Source: an uncultured Acidobacteriaceae bacterium (GTDB lineage Bacteria > Acidobacteriota > Terriglobia > Terriglobales > Acidobacteriaceae). From it: a stretch of 64,000 nucleotides of DNA. Location of the stretch: the NCBI GenBank assembly GCA_964242495.1, contig CAXSZS010000002.1, positions 59,693 through 123,692 on the forward strand. The letters are read 5' to 3'. The stretch's first letter is position 1, and the number at the start of each line of letters is the position of its first letter. The notes under the pieces are model-generated. The model was not told where the DNA came from and ran no database searches. It worked only from the letters and a program-made list of their open reading frames with translations. Made by a program: the position numbers and the translations under genes. Shown here piece by piece: positions 50,635 through 60,627 of the stretch.

Positions 50635-51603
50635 ATGCGTGCCATTGAGATCCAACAAACCGGCGGCCCCGAGGTCCTTCAGGTGGTTGACCTTCCGGTA
50701 CCGAAGCCCGGCCCGGGGCAGGTTCTGGTTCGTATCCAGTCTTCCGGGGTTAATTTCATCGACACCTACCTGCGCGAGGGTCGATACCCGGCAGCGCTGC
50801 CGTTTGTTCCCGGTCAGGAGGCGGCGGGTTTTGTCGAGGCATCCGGTGATGGGGTGACCGGATTCGCCGAAGGAGACCGTGTTGCCTGGACGGGCACGCG
50901 GGGCACCTATGCCGAGTTCGCGCTGGCGCCGGCCAGGGACCTGCTACACCTGCCGCCACACATCAGCTTCGAGCAGGCGGCAGCGGCGATGACGCAGGGT
51001 TTGACGGCCCACTACTTGGCATACAGCACCTACGCGATTCAGCCCGGAGATACGGTGCTGGTGCATGCGGGAGCGGGTGGCGTCGGGCTACTGCTGACGC
51101 AGATCGCGAAACGGCTGGGGGCGCGGGTGCTCACCACGATTTCTACGGAAGACAAAGCGGCGTTATCCCGCAATGCCGGAGCCGATCGCATCATTTTGTA
51201 CACGCAGACGAGCTTTGCAGACACAGTGCGAGAAGATACTGACGGCAAGGGACTGCCGGTGGTGTATGACTCGGTGGGCAAGACGACGTTTGAAGATTCC
51301 TTGAAATGTCTTCAACCTCGGGGACTTTTGGCGCTTTATGGGGCGTCGAGTGGAGCGGTGCCGCCTCTGGACCTGATCCGGCTTTCGACCCTCGGCTCGT
51401 TGTATGTGACCCGGCCGACGCTGAAAGATTACGTGCAGACGCGGGGGGAGCTGGAGCGGCGTGCTGACGACATCTTCAGCTGGATTGCTCGAGGCGAGCT
51501 GCGGGTGCACATTGGGCATCGGTACACGCTGGAAGAGGCGCAACAGGCGCATCGCGATCTGGAGGGCCGCAAGACGACGGGCAAGGTGCTGCTGACGTTT
51601 TGA
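50635..51603 (+). CDS. NADPH:quinone oxidoreductase (zeta-crystallin/MDR family)
   Basis: 322 aa. GVNFIDTY, VHAGAGGVG and the C-terminal TGKVLL. Confidence 0.85.
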   Translation: MRAIEIQQTGGPEVLQVVDLPVPKPGPGQVLVRIQSSGVNFIDTYLREGRYPAALPFVPGQEAAGFVEASGDGVTGFAEGDRVAWTGTRGTYAEFALAPARDLLHLPPHISFEQAAAAMTQGLTAHYLAYSTYAIQPGDTVLVHAGAGGVGLLLTQIAKRLGARVLTTISTEDKAALSRNAGADRIILYTQTSFADTVREDTDGKGLPVVYDSVGKTTFEDSLKCLQPRGLLALYGASSGAVPPLDLIRLSTLGSLYVTRPTLKDYVQTRGELERRADDIFSWIARGELRVHIGHRYTLEEAQQAHRDLEGRKTTGKVLLTF

Positions 51604-51638
51604 AGTCCCGGCAGGAGCTTAGAGATGCCACCTTTAGG

Positions 51639-51766
51639 TCGGGCCTTCAGCCCTCGCCTGCACGGGGTGCTACACCTGGGCCTTGCGGTCCAGGCTGGCA
51701 TAAGGCGCGCCGTTGGCGCTTGGAGCCTTTCAGGCTGGTGGGGGCGCGCCGTTGGCGCTTGGAGCG
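51639..51766 (+). repeat. Three-hairpin interspersed repeat, copy F3, with a partial tandem second unit
   Basis: tcGGGCCttcAGCCC...ACCTGGGCCttgcGGTCCAGGct...GCGCCgttGGCGCttggagc, then AGCCTttcAGGCT...GCGCCgttGGCGCttggagc. Confidence 0.8.
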
Positions 51767-51779
51767 CTCCCGGAGCGTA

Positions 51780-51821
51780 GAAGTCTTTCCCCTTCGGGAG
51801 GCTCAGGATCGGCATGACAAC
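51780..51821 (+). repeat. Box-A repeat (single, with a 4-nt insertion in the GATGAC end)
   Basis: gaagtctttccccttcgggaggctcaggatcggcatgacaac. Confidence 0.55.
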
Positions 51822-51983
51822 GCAGATCGCTTTAGAAACCTGCTTGTCTTTCTGGTCTCGATTCTCACGATTCCTTGACTAAGCCACTGACAGCCGCGAC
51901 GACTTTGCGGCTTACACTGGGGGCTGCCCTATCGTGCGATGCTGCCGACTGCCTGCCGCATTGTGTGCCCATTGCCCCAGCCG

Positions 51984-52234
51984 CAAGGAAAGATGTTGGG
52001 AAGCGCGGTGCAACTCCGCCACTGCCCCGCAACTGTGAAGCACGCACCCCATGTTTGCTCGCCAGGCTACCAGCCTGACAGATTTGTGAACAGGGGTGAG
52101 GAGGATCTTTGCCGACCCACTGAGCCGCACGACGCTTGGCACTGAGTTTCAGTTTGAGCGGCGAAGGCTTGGGAAGGGTTCTGCGGACGTGAGATCGCCT
52201 TGAAACCGTGCAAGTCAGGAGACCGGTTCCTTTG
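51984..52234 (+). promoter_or_regulatory. Cobalamin (B12) riboswitch
   Basis: Canonical blocks in order. GGGAAGCGCGGTGCAACTCCGCCACTGCCCCGCAACTGTGA is at 51998-52038. GGCACTG (52138-52144) and GGGAAGG (52171-52177) follow. The B12 box AAGTCAGGAGACCGGTTCC is at 52212-52230. A hairpin and SD lie downstream, before ATG 52280. Confidence 0.8.
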
Positions 52235-52279
52235 CGTACAAAAGCCACGCTCTCGGATGGAGAGCGGAGGAGATCCCTG

Positions 52280-54823
52280 ATGTTTGCCTTAAGACGACGT
52301 TTTTGCGCGCCGCCGCACCCTTCCTTGCTCAAGTCCGGGCGCCTTTTTCTGTACTCTCAAAACTTTTTTCACGCACGTCGCGCCTGCTGGGTAGTGGCTT
52401 TGGCGTCCTGCTTCGCAGCACCGGCCAGTGCGGTGGTGCTGATCGGGCGTGTGACCGATCCGTTAGGGAAGGGCATTGCCGGTGCGCGCGTCCAAGTGGT
52501 GGAAAACGGCAAAGTCGTCGCGCTGGGCTATGCCGGCGCGGATGGATCTTATGAGGTGCGATCGGGTGAGGCGGGCCGGTTTACGTTGCTGGGTTCGGCG
52601 GGTGGCTACTTGCCGGGCATTGGTGAAGACTTCTACAGCGGCGCCACGGATGTGCTGCACCGGGACGTGGTGCTGGCGGTAGACACCGTGCGGCAAGAGG
52701 TCTCGGTGAGCGCGACGGAGATCCCGATCCCTTTGCCGCAGCTCACCGCGCCCGTGACGGTGCTGCCCGAGGAGAGTTTTCGGACGCGGCTGAGCGTTGC
52801 CGACGAGATCCGTCAGTCCCTGGGCGCGTTTGTGGTGCAGAGCGGGCAAACCGGGGGCGTTACGTCGCTTTTTATGCGGGGTGGCAATTCGACGGCCAAC
52901 CTGGTGCTGGTCGACGGCATTCCCGCTGACGACGTGGGTGGGGTCTTCGACTTCAGCAATGTGAGCACGTTGGGCGTGGCGCGGATGGAGCTCTACCGCG
53001 GGCCTGACTCGGCGGTGTATGGCACCGATGCGGGCGCGTCGGTGGTGACGATCACGACGCCGCGCGGGGGCACGCTGCGACCGGTGTTGAACTACTCCGG
53101 CGATGCGGGGAATTTGCATGAATACCGCAACAAGGTGAGCGCCGGGGGCACGCTGCGCAAGCTCGATTACTTTGCCGGGTTCGACTTCCTCGAGACATCG
53201 AATGCACTGCCGCGCGATGAGTATCACGATGCCACTTCGGCGGCGAATGTCGGGTATGACTTCAATGGGGACACCAGCCTGCGGTTTACCTTGCGAAACA
53301 GCGTCTCGGCAGTGGGGTTGCCCGGGGCGCATGATTTTTATGGGGTGTCGGCGGACGGGAAACAGGGGGACCAGGACCTGTACTCGGGCGCGACGCTTGA
53401 AAATCGCACGGAGCGGAACTGGCACAATCTGCTGCGGTATGGCATTGCCCGCAAGCGGGAGCAGGCGCAGTACTTCTCCAATCAAGGGAACCCGATCACG
53501 TTCAACTTCGGAACGACTGCGATGCCTTCGTATTTCACGGAGTATTTCGGCAATGTCGTGACCATCCGCGGTGCGAACGGCTACACCGCGACGGGGCAGG
53601 CGGCGTTTCTGAATGGGAACTCCGACATGGCATCGAACCGGGACCAGCTCTACTACCAAAGTGATGTGAATCCGTCGCCGCATTTCAATGCACTGTTTGG
53701 TTTCCGGTATGACAACGAGCGCGGGGTATTCAATAGCCCGCCGAGCGCATTTTCCGCAGGTTCGCATGAAGTGACGCTGCGGACCAACTTTGAATACAAC
53801 CTGCAATTTCAGGGAGAGTTCTTTAGCCGGATCTTTTACTCGCTTGGCGGTGCCGTGGAGAAGAACCACCTGTATGGCATTGCGGGAACACCGCGTTTTG
53901 GTTTGACGTTTGTGCCGGTGCGATCTGGCAATCGGCTTTTGAGAGGAACGCGGCTGCGCGCGAACGCGGCTACCGGCGTGCAGGAACCGACGCTTGCACT
54001 CGAATATTTCAGCCTTTACGACCAACTGCTGCAGAACGGCGACGCCGGAGCCATCACGACGTATCGCGTGGGTCCGCCGGCTGCAGAACGGTCACGCACC
54101 TTCGATGCCGGCGTCGATCAGAATATCCTCGGTGAAAAGCTTGTGTTGAAGGCTGGGTATTACCACAACGTCTTTGACCGGCAACTGGAAGCGCTCACGA
54201 GTACTGCCGTGACGCAGTATTTCCAGATTCCTCTTTCCTCTGCGTATTACCTGCCGCTCTACGTCAACTCGCTCGCTTACCGCGCCCAGGGGGCGGAGGC
54301 GGAGCTGGATTGGCAGGCGCGGCGCAGTATTTTTGTGCGGGCGGGATACACCTACCTGGCGGCACGTGTGCTGCAGTCGTTCGCCTCGGATGCAATTGCG
54401 GTAACGCAGGGTACGCCGACGGAGAACCCGAATCTACCGGGGATCGCGATCGGCGCGGAAAGCCCTCTTGTCGGGGCGCGGCCGTTTCGACGGGCCCCGA
54501 ATACCGGATTCTTCGCGGTGAGTTATGTCCGCCCTAAGCTGGCTGTAGCGGTGAAGGGCGCGTTTGCCGGGCGGAGCGATGATTCCACGTTCCTGGACGG
54601 GTTCACGCCGAGCTTCGACAATACGTTGCTGCTGCCGAACCGCGATCTGGACTTCGGATATCTGAAGCTCGACCTGGGCGGCACCTACGAGCTGCGGCAT
54701 GACGTGACCGTGTTCACCGAGTTGGACAATCTGCTGAATGACCAGCATATCGGGCCGATCGGGTATCCGGGGTTGCCGTTCACGGTGCGGGGCGGGCTGA
54801 AGGTGCGGCTCGGCGGCGATTAG
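52280..54823 (+). CDS. TonB-dependent receptor with N-terminal CarboxypepD_reg-like domain (putative cobalamin/corrinoid receptor by riboswitch context)
   Basis: ATG at 52280 lies 7 nt after GGAGGAG. Signal peptide, GRVTDPLGKGIAGARVQV, plug (LFMRGGNSTANLVLVDGIP...ELYRGPDSAVYG), then a long beta-barrel. The track start at 52208 lies inside the riboswitch. Confidence 0.85.
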   Translation: MFALRRRFCAPPHPSLLKSGRLFLYSQNFFHARRACWVVALASCFAAPASAVVLIGRVTDPLGKGIAGARVQVVENGKVVALGYAGADGSYEVRSGEAGRFTLLGSAGGYLPGIGEDFYSGATDVLHRDVVLAVDTVRQEVSVSATEIPIPLPQLTAPVTVLPEESFRTRLSVADEIRQSLGAFVVQSGQTGGVTSLFMRGGNSTANLVLVDGIPADDVGGVFDFSNVSTLGVARMELYRGPDSAVYGTDAGASVVTITTPRGGTLRPVLNYSGDAGNLHEYRNKVSAGGTLRKLDYFAGFDFLETSNALPRDEYHDATSAANVGYDFNGDTSLRFTLRNSVSAVGLPGAHDFYGVSADGKQGDQDLYSGATLENRTERNWHNLLRYGIARKREQAQYFSNQGNPITFNFGTTAMPSYFTEYFGNVVTIRGANGYTATGQAAFLNGNSDMASNRDQLYYQSDVNPSPHFNALFGFRYDNERGVFNSPPSAFSAGSHEVTLRTNFEYNLQFQGEFFSRIFYSLGGAVEKNHLYGIAGTPRFGLTFVPVRSGNRLLRGTRLRANAATGVQEPTLALEYFSLYDQLLQNGDAGAITTYRVGPPAAERSRTFDAGVDQNILGEKLVLKAGYYHNVFDRQLEALTSTAVTQYFQIPLSSAYYLPLYVNSLAYRAQGAEAELDWQARRSIFVRAGYTYLAARVLQSFASDAIAVTQGTPTENPNLPGIAIGAESPLVGARPFRRAPNTGFFAVSYVRPKLAVAVKGAFAGRSDDSTFLDGFTPSFDNTLLLPNRDLDFGYLKLDLGGTYELRHDVTVFTELDNLLNDQHIGPIGYPGLPFTVRGGLKVRLGGD

Positions 54824-54863
54824 AGGCTAATCGCTTACGGGTGGAGTTCCGGCTGGAGCCAAA

Positions 54864-54919
54864 ATGCAGGTCTCTCCACTGCGCAGACGGTAAAGCTATC
54901 TGCTCCGGTCGAGATGACA
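54864..54919 (+). repeat. Box-B hairpin repeat, copy E (long form)
   Basis: atgcaggtctctccactgcGCAGAcggtaaagctaTCTGCtccggtcgagatgaca. Confidence 0.8.
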
Positions 54920-55047
54920 GAGCAGAGTCAGCGAAAACAGCTCCCGGCGGCATTTCGATGAGGGCAGACCGTTGTTTGAGGGTCTGCCCTGATCGGCTGC
55001 GCGCGACTTTGTGCGCGATTCTTCATCTAACCGAAGTGAGGTTCGAC

Positions 55048-56010
55048 ATGAAGACACGCCGGAACATCCTGCTTTCCACCGCTTTTACACTGGCGGCCGC
55101 CGCGCTTCCAGGCTTCGCCCTTTCGGCTTTTGCGCAAGAACTCCCGAACGAAGGGCCGGTACCGACCACGGCGCTGATCAGCGCGCAATCCAAGAACAAT
55201 GCCCCCCTTGATCCTGCAGCGTTGAAGCTGGAGGTGAACGGTCATGCCGCGGCGATCGCTTCGGTGGCGCCGGTACGCGCCGAGGGTGCACAGATTGCGG
55301 TTCTGCTTGACGATGGCCTGCGCGGCAATTTTGGCGTGCAGCTGGACGACCTGAAGCACTTCATCCAGGCCCTGCCTGCCGGGTCGCAGGTGATGGTCGG
55401 CTACATGCAAAACGGAACCATTCGTCCGACCTCGAACTTTTCGACGGACCACGCCGCGGTGGCCAACAGCGTCCGCATTCCGTTGATGGTGCCGGGCATC
55501 AGTGCAAGCCCTTACTTTTCGCTGTCCGAGTTTGTCAAGCATTGGCCAGGGCAAGGCGCGAGCGCGCGCATGGTGCTGATGATTACCAACGGGGTCGATC
55601 CGTATAACGGTAGTGTTTCGCCGCTGAACCAGGACAGCCCCTACGTACAGGCGGCGCAGGAGGATGCGCAGCGCGCCGGGGTTGCCGTGTATTCCATCTA
55701 CTACGGCGATGCAGGGATTCGCGGCGGACTGGCGAGTTTCAGTGGACAGGGCTACCTGCAGCAGGTCGCCCAGGCGACCGGCGCCGAATCGTTCTACCTG
55801 GGACGGATTACGCCGCCCAGTCTGAAGCCCTATTTCGATGACTTTCTTGGGGCGCTGCGGGAGAGCTACCTTGTGACCTTCAACGCGAGTGCGAATCGCG
55901 AGAAGCGCAACACGCTGGTACCGATCAAGCTGAAGACCGAACAGAGTGGAATGAAGCTGCATGTGCCGGATGCCGTGCATCCCGGGTTTTCGGAGCAGGC
56001 GAGCGAGTAG
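55048..56010 (+). CDS. VWFA-related acidobacterial-domain (TIGR03436-like) exported protein
   Basis: ATG at 55048 starts MKTRRNILLSTAFTLAAAALPGFALSAFAQ. IAVLLDDG..., MVLMITNG and GVAVYSIYY give a VWA-like pattern. The upstream part of the track ORF spans a repeat. Confidence 0.65.
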   Translation: MKTRRNILLSTAFTLAAAALPGFALSAFAQELPNEGPVPTTALISAQSKNNAPLDPAALKLEVNGHAAAIASVAPVRAEGAQIAVLLDDGLRGNFGVQLDDLKHFIQALPAGSQVMVGYMQNGTIRPTSNFSTDHAAVANSVRIPLMVPGISASPYFSLSEFVKHWPGQGASARMVLMITNGVDPYNGSVSPLNQDSPYVQAAQEDAQRAGVAVYSIYYGDAGIRGGLASFSGQGYLQQVAQATGAESFYLGRITPPSLKPYFDDFLGALRESYLVTFNASANREKRNTLVPIKLKTEQSGMKLHVPDAVHPGFSEQASE

Positions 56011-56074
56011 AGGTTGTGCATCGTAGCAACAGTATGGGCCGCAGAGGCATTGTCTGCGGCCCATACTCTTTGGT

Positions 56075-56169
56075 GTCATCCTGAGCGAAGCGAAGGACCT
56101 CCGCCTTTCTGCTCGTACCTGTTGCAGCTACTGAGGAATACTAAGGTCCTTCGCTGCGCTCAGGATGAA
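56075..56169. repeat. Inverted Box-A doublet (REPIN-like)
   Basis: GTCATCCTGAGCGAAGCGAAGGACC (56075-56099) and GGTCCTTCGCTGCGCTCAGGATGAA (56145-56169) are near-perfect inverted repeats separated by 45 nt. Confidence 0.85.
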
Positions 56170-56201
56170 CAGTTGCGGGGCATGCGCCACGACGAAGCCT
56201 C

Positions 56202-56900
56202 TCAGCGCTGCAAGTCGAAGTGCTCTCCGAGCCACGATCGCAAAGCAGCTCCAAAGGCTTCGAGCTTGGACCCAGGCGAGTCCGCGGTGCCGGCGAAGAA
56301 ATGGTCGGCGCCTTCGATCCAGACGATGCGCTTCGGTTCGGGCGCGGCCACCAGGTAGCTTTCGAGGATGCCCTTGGGGCTAAACTCGTCCGTGTCGCCG
56401 GAGAGGAACAGCTTGGGTACGGAACCGCAATCGGAGAGGAAGCTATAGTGGTAGTCCCGCCCAACGGCACGCACCGGTAGACCGATGCCAATCAGGCCTT
56501 GGACACGGGGGTCGCCGCAACAGGCGCGGAGGCCGACGTTGGACCCGAAGCTGAAGCCGGCAAAGACCAGTGGCCGGTCGAAGCGGGCCGTGAGCCAGTT
56601 GAGGGCAGCGCGCACGTCCCCCACCTCGCCGCGGCCTTCGTCGTGAGCTCCTTCGCTCAGGCCGGTGCCGCGAAAGTTGAAGCGCAACACTGGGAAACCG
56701 AAAGCACCGAAGGCCTTGGCTGTATGATAGACGACTTTATTGTGCATGGTGCCGCCACCGAGCGGATGCGGATGCGCGACCAGCGCGGCGAAGGGCGCGT
56801 CCGCATGGCCCGCATTGAGGATGGCTTCGAGCCGGCCGGCCGGGCCGCGCAGGTCTTCGATGGTCTGCACCTGCGATCGTAGGGGTGTAAATCCGGCCAT
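56202..56900 (-). CDS. Alpha/beta hydrolase (COG2945-like)
   Basis: 232 aa. HPHPLGGGTMHNKVV, FNFRGTG and the nucleophile elbow GFSFGS. Confidence 0.75.
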   Translation of the reverse strand: MAGFTPLRSQVQTIEDLRGPAGRLEAILNAGHADAPFAALVAHPHPLGGGTMHNKVVYHTAKAFGAFGFPVLRFNFRGTGLSEGAHDEGRGEVGDVRAALNWLTARFDRPLVFAGFSFGSNVGLRACCGDPRVQGLIGIGLPVRAVGRDYHYSFLSDCGSVPKLFLSGDTDEFSPKGILESYLVAAPEPKRIVWIEGADHFFAGTADSPGSKLEAFGAALRSWLGEHFDLQR

Positions 56901-56944
56901 GCGGTTGAGTGTAGCGCGACGGAGTTGCCGATGCTGCCGATGCT

Positions 56945-57478
56945 TTATTCTGGCGCCGCAACAGCCTTCCCCGCCGTTCGTTCAAGGCGGTAGAACGGAT
57001 GCAGGATCCCTAATGAGCCCCAGGGCTCCTCATGCGTGTGCACGAAGCCGAGACGACGGAGCATGGCTTTGGAGTGCAGGTTCTCCGGGTTGTGAGCGGC
57101 CGTGAGCGCTTCTGCACCAAGTTGATCGAAGGCATGCTGGATGACGGCACGGGCGGCTTCTTCGCCGAGACGTTCGCTCCAAAAACGGCGGCCGATGTGT
57201 ACGCCGACTTCATGCACGTGGGGCTCGTCGTGGAAGGGCCGAAGACCGGCACAGCCTACAAAATCTCCCTGGTCTCGAAGAAAGATGGGCCAATACTGAA
57301 AACCAAACTGCCGTTGCCGGTCCATCTCCAGCTGCAATCGTGCATCTACGGCTTCCATGGACATGATCCCGCCAAGATACCGTGCCACGTCCGGGTCGGC
57401 CCAAAGGGAGTGTGCCAAGACGCGATCCGCCTCGGTCCAGGCACGGAATCGCAAGCGGGCTGAGGCTGGGAAGCTCAT
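56945..57478 (-). CDS. GNAT-family N-acetyltransferase (RimJ/RimL-like)
   Basis: 177 aa. A W...D pattern near the N-terminus, HEVGVHIGRRFW..G.G.EA, and HNPENLHSKAMLRRLGF. Confidence 0.8.
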   Translation of the reverse strand: MSFPASARLRFRAWTEADRVLAHSLWADPDVARYLGGIMSMEAVDARLQLEMDRQRQFGFQYWPIFLRDQGDFVGCAGLRPFHDEPHVHEVGVHIGRRFWSERLGEEAARAVIQHAFDQLGAEALTAAHNPENLHSKAMLRRLGFVHTHEEPWGSLGILHPFYRLERTAGKAVAAPE

Positions 57479-57540
57479 AGCGTAGGTATCTCCATAGTCT
57501 CAGGCGCCAGGTACGTCCGGCAAGGTTATGCTGAGGGGGC

Positions 57541-58599
57541 ATGCATCCAGACCCGATCGCGTTGACCCGGCAGCTTGTTGACATTGACTCCACGACCTAC
57601 CACGAGGCAGCCGTGGGCGAGTTTCTGGCGGAGTTGCTCGCCAGGGAGGGCTGGGCGGTGGAGCGCCAGCCGGTGCCGCAGCCGGATCTGGCGCGAACGC
57701 CGGGCGGCGGTACCGGGCCGCGCTTCAATGTCTTTGCTGCGATGGAAGGCGTGACGCCGGATGTCGTGCTTTCGACCCATATGGACACCGTGCCGCCGTT
57801 TCTTGGCCCTTGCCGAGAAGATGAGACGAGCCTGTACGGTCGGGGGGGCTGCGATGCCAAAGGCATCATCGCGGCGCAGATTGCCGCAGCAGGACAGTTG
57901 CGGGCGGCGGGCGTCAAGGTGGGTATGCTCTTTCTCGTCGGCGAAGAACGGGATTCGGCAGGCGCCGCCGTGGCCAACACGCAGCCGCGCGGGTCGCGCT
58001 TTCTGATCAATGGCGAACCGACCGACAATCGCCTGGCTCTAGCCTCCAAAGGGGCGCTGCGGGTGGAGTTGCGCGCCCATGGCAAGATGGCGCACTCGGC
58101 GTATCCGGAGCTGGGTGAGTCGGCGATCGACAAACTACTAGGGGCGTTGCAGGCGGTGCAGGCATTGGCACTGCCGGTGGTGGAAGGTATTGGCGATGCG
58201 ACCCTCAATGTCGGTTTGCTTTCTGGCGGACGGGCGCCGAACGTGATTGCCGATGCCGCTGAAGCGCACATCCTGGTGCGGCTGGTCGGCCCGGCAGCAC
58301 CCATTCGGGAAGCGATCGTTGCAGCTGTGGATGGACGGTGCGAGGTGGAATTTTCGCTCGAGCTGCCGTTTGTGCAGATGCGCGCGGTCGATGGCTTTGC
58401 GACGATGATCGCCAAATTTACGACCGATATTCCAAGCCTGACGAATTGGGGCGAGCCCTTTTTGCTGGGTCCGGGAAGCATCCATGTCGCGCATACGCCG
58501 GAGGAGCGGATTCGCAAGGCGGAGATCCTCGAAGCTGTCGACCTATACGTAGAACTCGCGCGGCAGCTGGTCGCCACATCCGCACCGGCGGCCGCGTGA
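57541..58599 (+). CDS. M20-family metallopeptidase (ArgE/DapE-like deacylase)
   Basis: 352 aa. LSTHMDTVP, GRGGCDAKG, GEERDS, AHSAYPELG. Confidence 0.85.
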   Translation: MHPDPIALTRQLVDIDSTTYHEAAVGEFLAELLAREGWAVERQPVPQPDLARTPGGGTGPRFNVFAAMEGVTPDVVLSTHMDTVPPFLGPCREDETSLYGRGGCDAKGIIAAQIAAAGQLRAAGVKVGMLFLVGEERDSAGAAVANTQPRGSRFLINGEPTDNRLALASKGALRVELRAHGKMAHSAYPELGESAIDKLLGALQAVQALALPVVEGIGDATLNVGLLSGGRAPNVIADAAEAHILVRLVGPAAPIREAIVAAVDGRCEVEFSLELPFVQMRAVDGFATMIAKFTTDIPSLTNWGEPFLLGPGSIHVAHTPEERIRKAEILEAVDLYVELARQLVATSAPAAA

Positions 58600-59312
58600 C
58601 GACCTGGACGCTTCGGCGAAGGCGTGGCCGCTCTTACACCCTGTTTGCGATTGTGCTTGGGGTAGGTCTGGCGGCGGCGGCTCTGATTTACCGGACCTAC
58701 CGCGACGTCCCGGACCGCAACAATGACGATCCGCAGGTGGACGCTTTGTTGGTGTTGGGCTCGCCGGCGGAGTTGGACGGCTCCGTGACCCCGATGCAAT
58801 GCTGGCGGGTGAACGAGGCGGTGCGGGAGTTCGAGGCGCATCGTGCCGGTCATATCGTACTGAGCGGCGGTGCGGCGGCTAATGCCTTCGTGGAAGCGCA
58901 CACGATGGCGCAATATGCTCAGGCCCACGGCGTTCCGCCTGAGGCTCTGATTGAAGAGGACCAGGCGCACACGACCCTCGAAAACATTCGCAACAGCGAG
59001 CGCATTCTGGACGCACATGGGTGGCGACGGGTTGAGGTGATCAGCTCCGCAGAGCACCTGCCGCGTGCGGCTTTACTGCTCGAACATACGCATCTGCTGT
59101 GGCACACCCACCCCGCCCCCACCCCGGGCCGCAGCCGCGTGCAGGCAATGGGCGCTTTCGGGGAGGAGGCGGTAGGCACGGCAGCGATGCGGCTGTTTGG
59201 GCCACGGATTGAGCCGGTGCTGCATGGCCTCGCGCTTCTGCAGCACGCGATTGGCTTTTCCGCGCGTTGGATCTTATATCGGGTTTCAGGGCTGGTGTAT
59301 CGGCTCGCCTGA
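58596..59312 (+). CDS. YdcF/ElyC (DUF218) family protein
   Basis: GTG at 58596 overlaps the upstream stop (GTGA). N-terminal TM, then LVLGSP...VLSGGAA...EDQAHTTLEN...ISSAEHLPRA. Confidence 0.75.
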   Translation: MTTWTLRRRRGRSYTLFAIVLGVGLAAAALIYRTYRDVPDRNNDDPQVDALLVLGSPAELDGSVTPMQCWRVNEAVREFEAHRAGHIVLSGGAAANAFVEAHTMAQYAQAHGVPPEALIEEDQAHTTLENIRNSERILDAHGWRRVEVISSAEHLPRAALLLEHTHLLWHTHPAPTPGRSRVQAMGAFGEEAVGTAAMRLFGPRIEPVLHGLALLQHAIGFSARWILYRVSGLVYRLA

Positions 59313-59330
59313 GTTTCTCGAGTAAGTAGC

Positions 59331-60095
59331 TTATTTCGGTGGACGTGCCGCGTTTTGCATGCCGAAGATCTCGTCGTAGTTGCCGTTCCGTTCCGCAAAG
59401 CGCTGACGTTGCACCCGTTGGACGAGAACTTCACCCGAGGCTCGCGGGTTCGCGAGCAGTGACATCGTTTCGGCGATGTAGTCGGCCAGCGGCATCGCAT
59501 TGGGGTCGCTGGCCTGATGGGAACCCATCAGCTCCGTTTGCACGTAGGGCGGCACAAGCTCGAGGACCTCGATGGACGTATCGCGCAGCTGGTAGCGCAG
59601 CGACTGCGTCCAGGAATGGACGGCGGCCTTGGTCGCGCAATAGGCGGGGGTGAGCGCCAGCGGCACGGACGCCAGGCCGGAGGAGACCGTCATCACCGTG
59701 GCCTGCGGCTGGGCTTGCAGCAGGGGCAGCAACGCGGCAGTGAGGCGCATCGGTCCCAGCAGATTGATGGCGATGGTGGTTTCGGCAATGGCCAGGTCGT
59801 CCGTGCCTGCCTGCAGATTTTCCGGTTTCATGATGCCGGCGTTGTTGATGACGACGTTCAGGTTGGGGAACTCGGCTTTGATTTCGGCGACGAAGCGTTG
59901 AAAGTCGTCCGCGTTTTCGATATCCAGCGGCAGCGCCCGCATGCCTGGGTTTGCGGCGGTCGTTTCGTCGAGAACGGACTGCCGGCGGCCGGCGATGATG
60001 ACCTGATTGCCCTGTTTATGGAAGGCCTCGGCGAGTGCACGGCCGATGCCGGAACCGCCGCCGGTGATGAGAATGGTGTTATTGGTTTGCTGCAT
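59331..60095 (-). CDS. SDR-family oxidoreductase
   Basis: ATG at 60095 with AGGAGA upstream. ITGGGSGIGRA, NNAG and YCATKAA. Divergent from the HxlR regulator. Confidence 0.85.
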   Translation of the reverse strand: MQQTNNTILITGGGSGIGRALAEAFHKQGNQVIIAGRRQSVLDETTAANPGMRALPLDIENADDFQRFVAEIKAEFPNLNVVINNAGIMKPENLQAGTDDLAIAETTIAINLLGPMRLTAALLPLLQAQPQATVMTVSSGLASVPLALTPAYCATKAAVHSWTQSLRYQLRDTSIEVLELVPPYVQTELMGSHQASDPNAMPLADYIAETMSLLANPRASGEVLVQRVQRQRFAERNGNYDEIFGMQNAARPPK

Positions 60096-60183
60096 GCGTT
60101 TTCTCCTGTACTCACCGTATCTGCTTGGCTCTCTGTTGGGAAGTAGGCACCCGCAGGTGCCATACTTACCCGGAGGAGAGTTT

Positions 60184-60618
60184 ATGCACGAGTCCGAGAT
60201 CAGCAAAGGGGCAGCCGCCGATCCTTTACGAATTAATCGCCCTGTGTACCCCGAAACCACCCCGGAGGTGGAGGCGCTGGTACGGGAGATCATCGGAAGG
60301 GTGGCCGATACCTGGACGATGCTGGTCCTGGAGGTGTTGGAGGAGCATGGGCGAGTGCGATTTACGCGTCTGGGTCAATTGGTCGGTGGCGTGAGCCAGA
60401 AGATGCTGACCAAGACCGTGCGACAGATGGAGGCTGACGGTCTGGTGACACGGACGGTCTACCCGGTAGTTCCGCCGCGGGTGGAGTACGAACTTACAGA
60501 ACTGGGTCGCAGCTTAGGAGCAGCGTTCTGCGGTGTGTGGGTGTGGGTGGAAACGCATCACGAGGAGATCGAACGATCGCGAAGGGCATTTCGGGAACAG
60601 GAAGTGGGACGCGTGTAA
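60184..60618 (+). CDS. HxlR-family winged-helix transcriptional regulator
   Basis: ATG at 60184 after GGAGGAGAG. W...VL..L......RF..L......VSQKMLTKTVRQMEADGLVTRTVYPVVPPRVEYELTELG. Confidence 0.85.
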   Translation: MHESEISKGAAADPLRINRPVYPETTPEVEALVREIIGRVADTWTMLVLEVLEEHGRVRFTRLGQLVGGVSQKMLTKTVRQMEADGLVTRTVYPVVPPRVEYELTELGRSLGAAFCGVWVWVETHHEEIERSRRAFREQEVGRV

Positions 60619-60627
60619 GCTGTGGCT

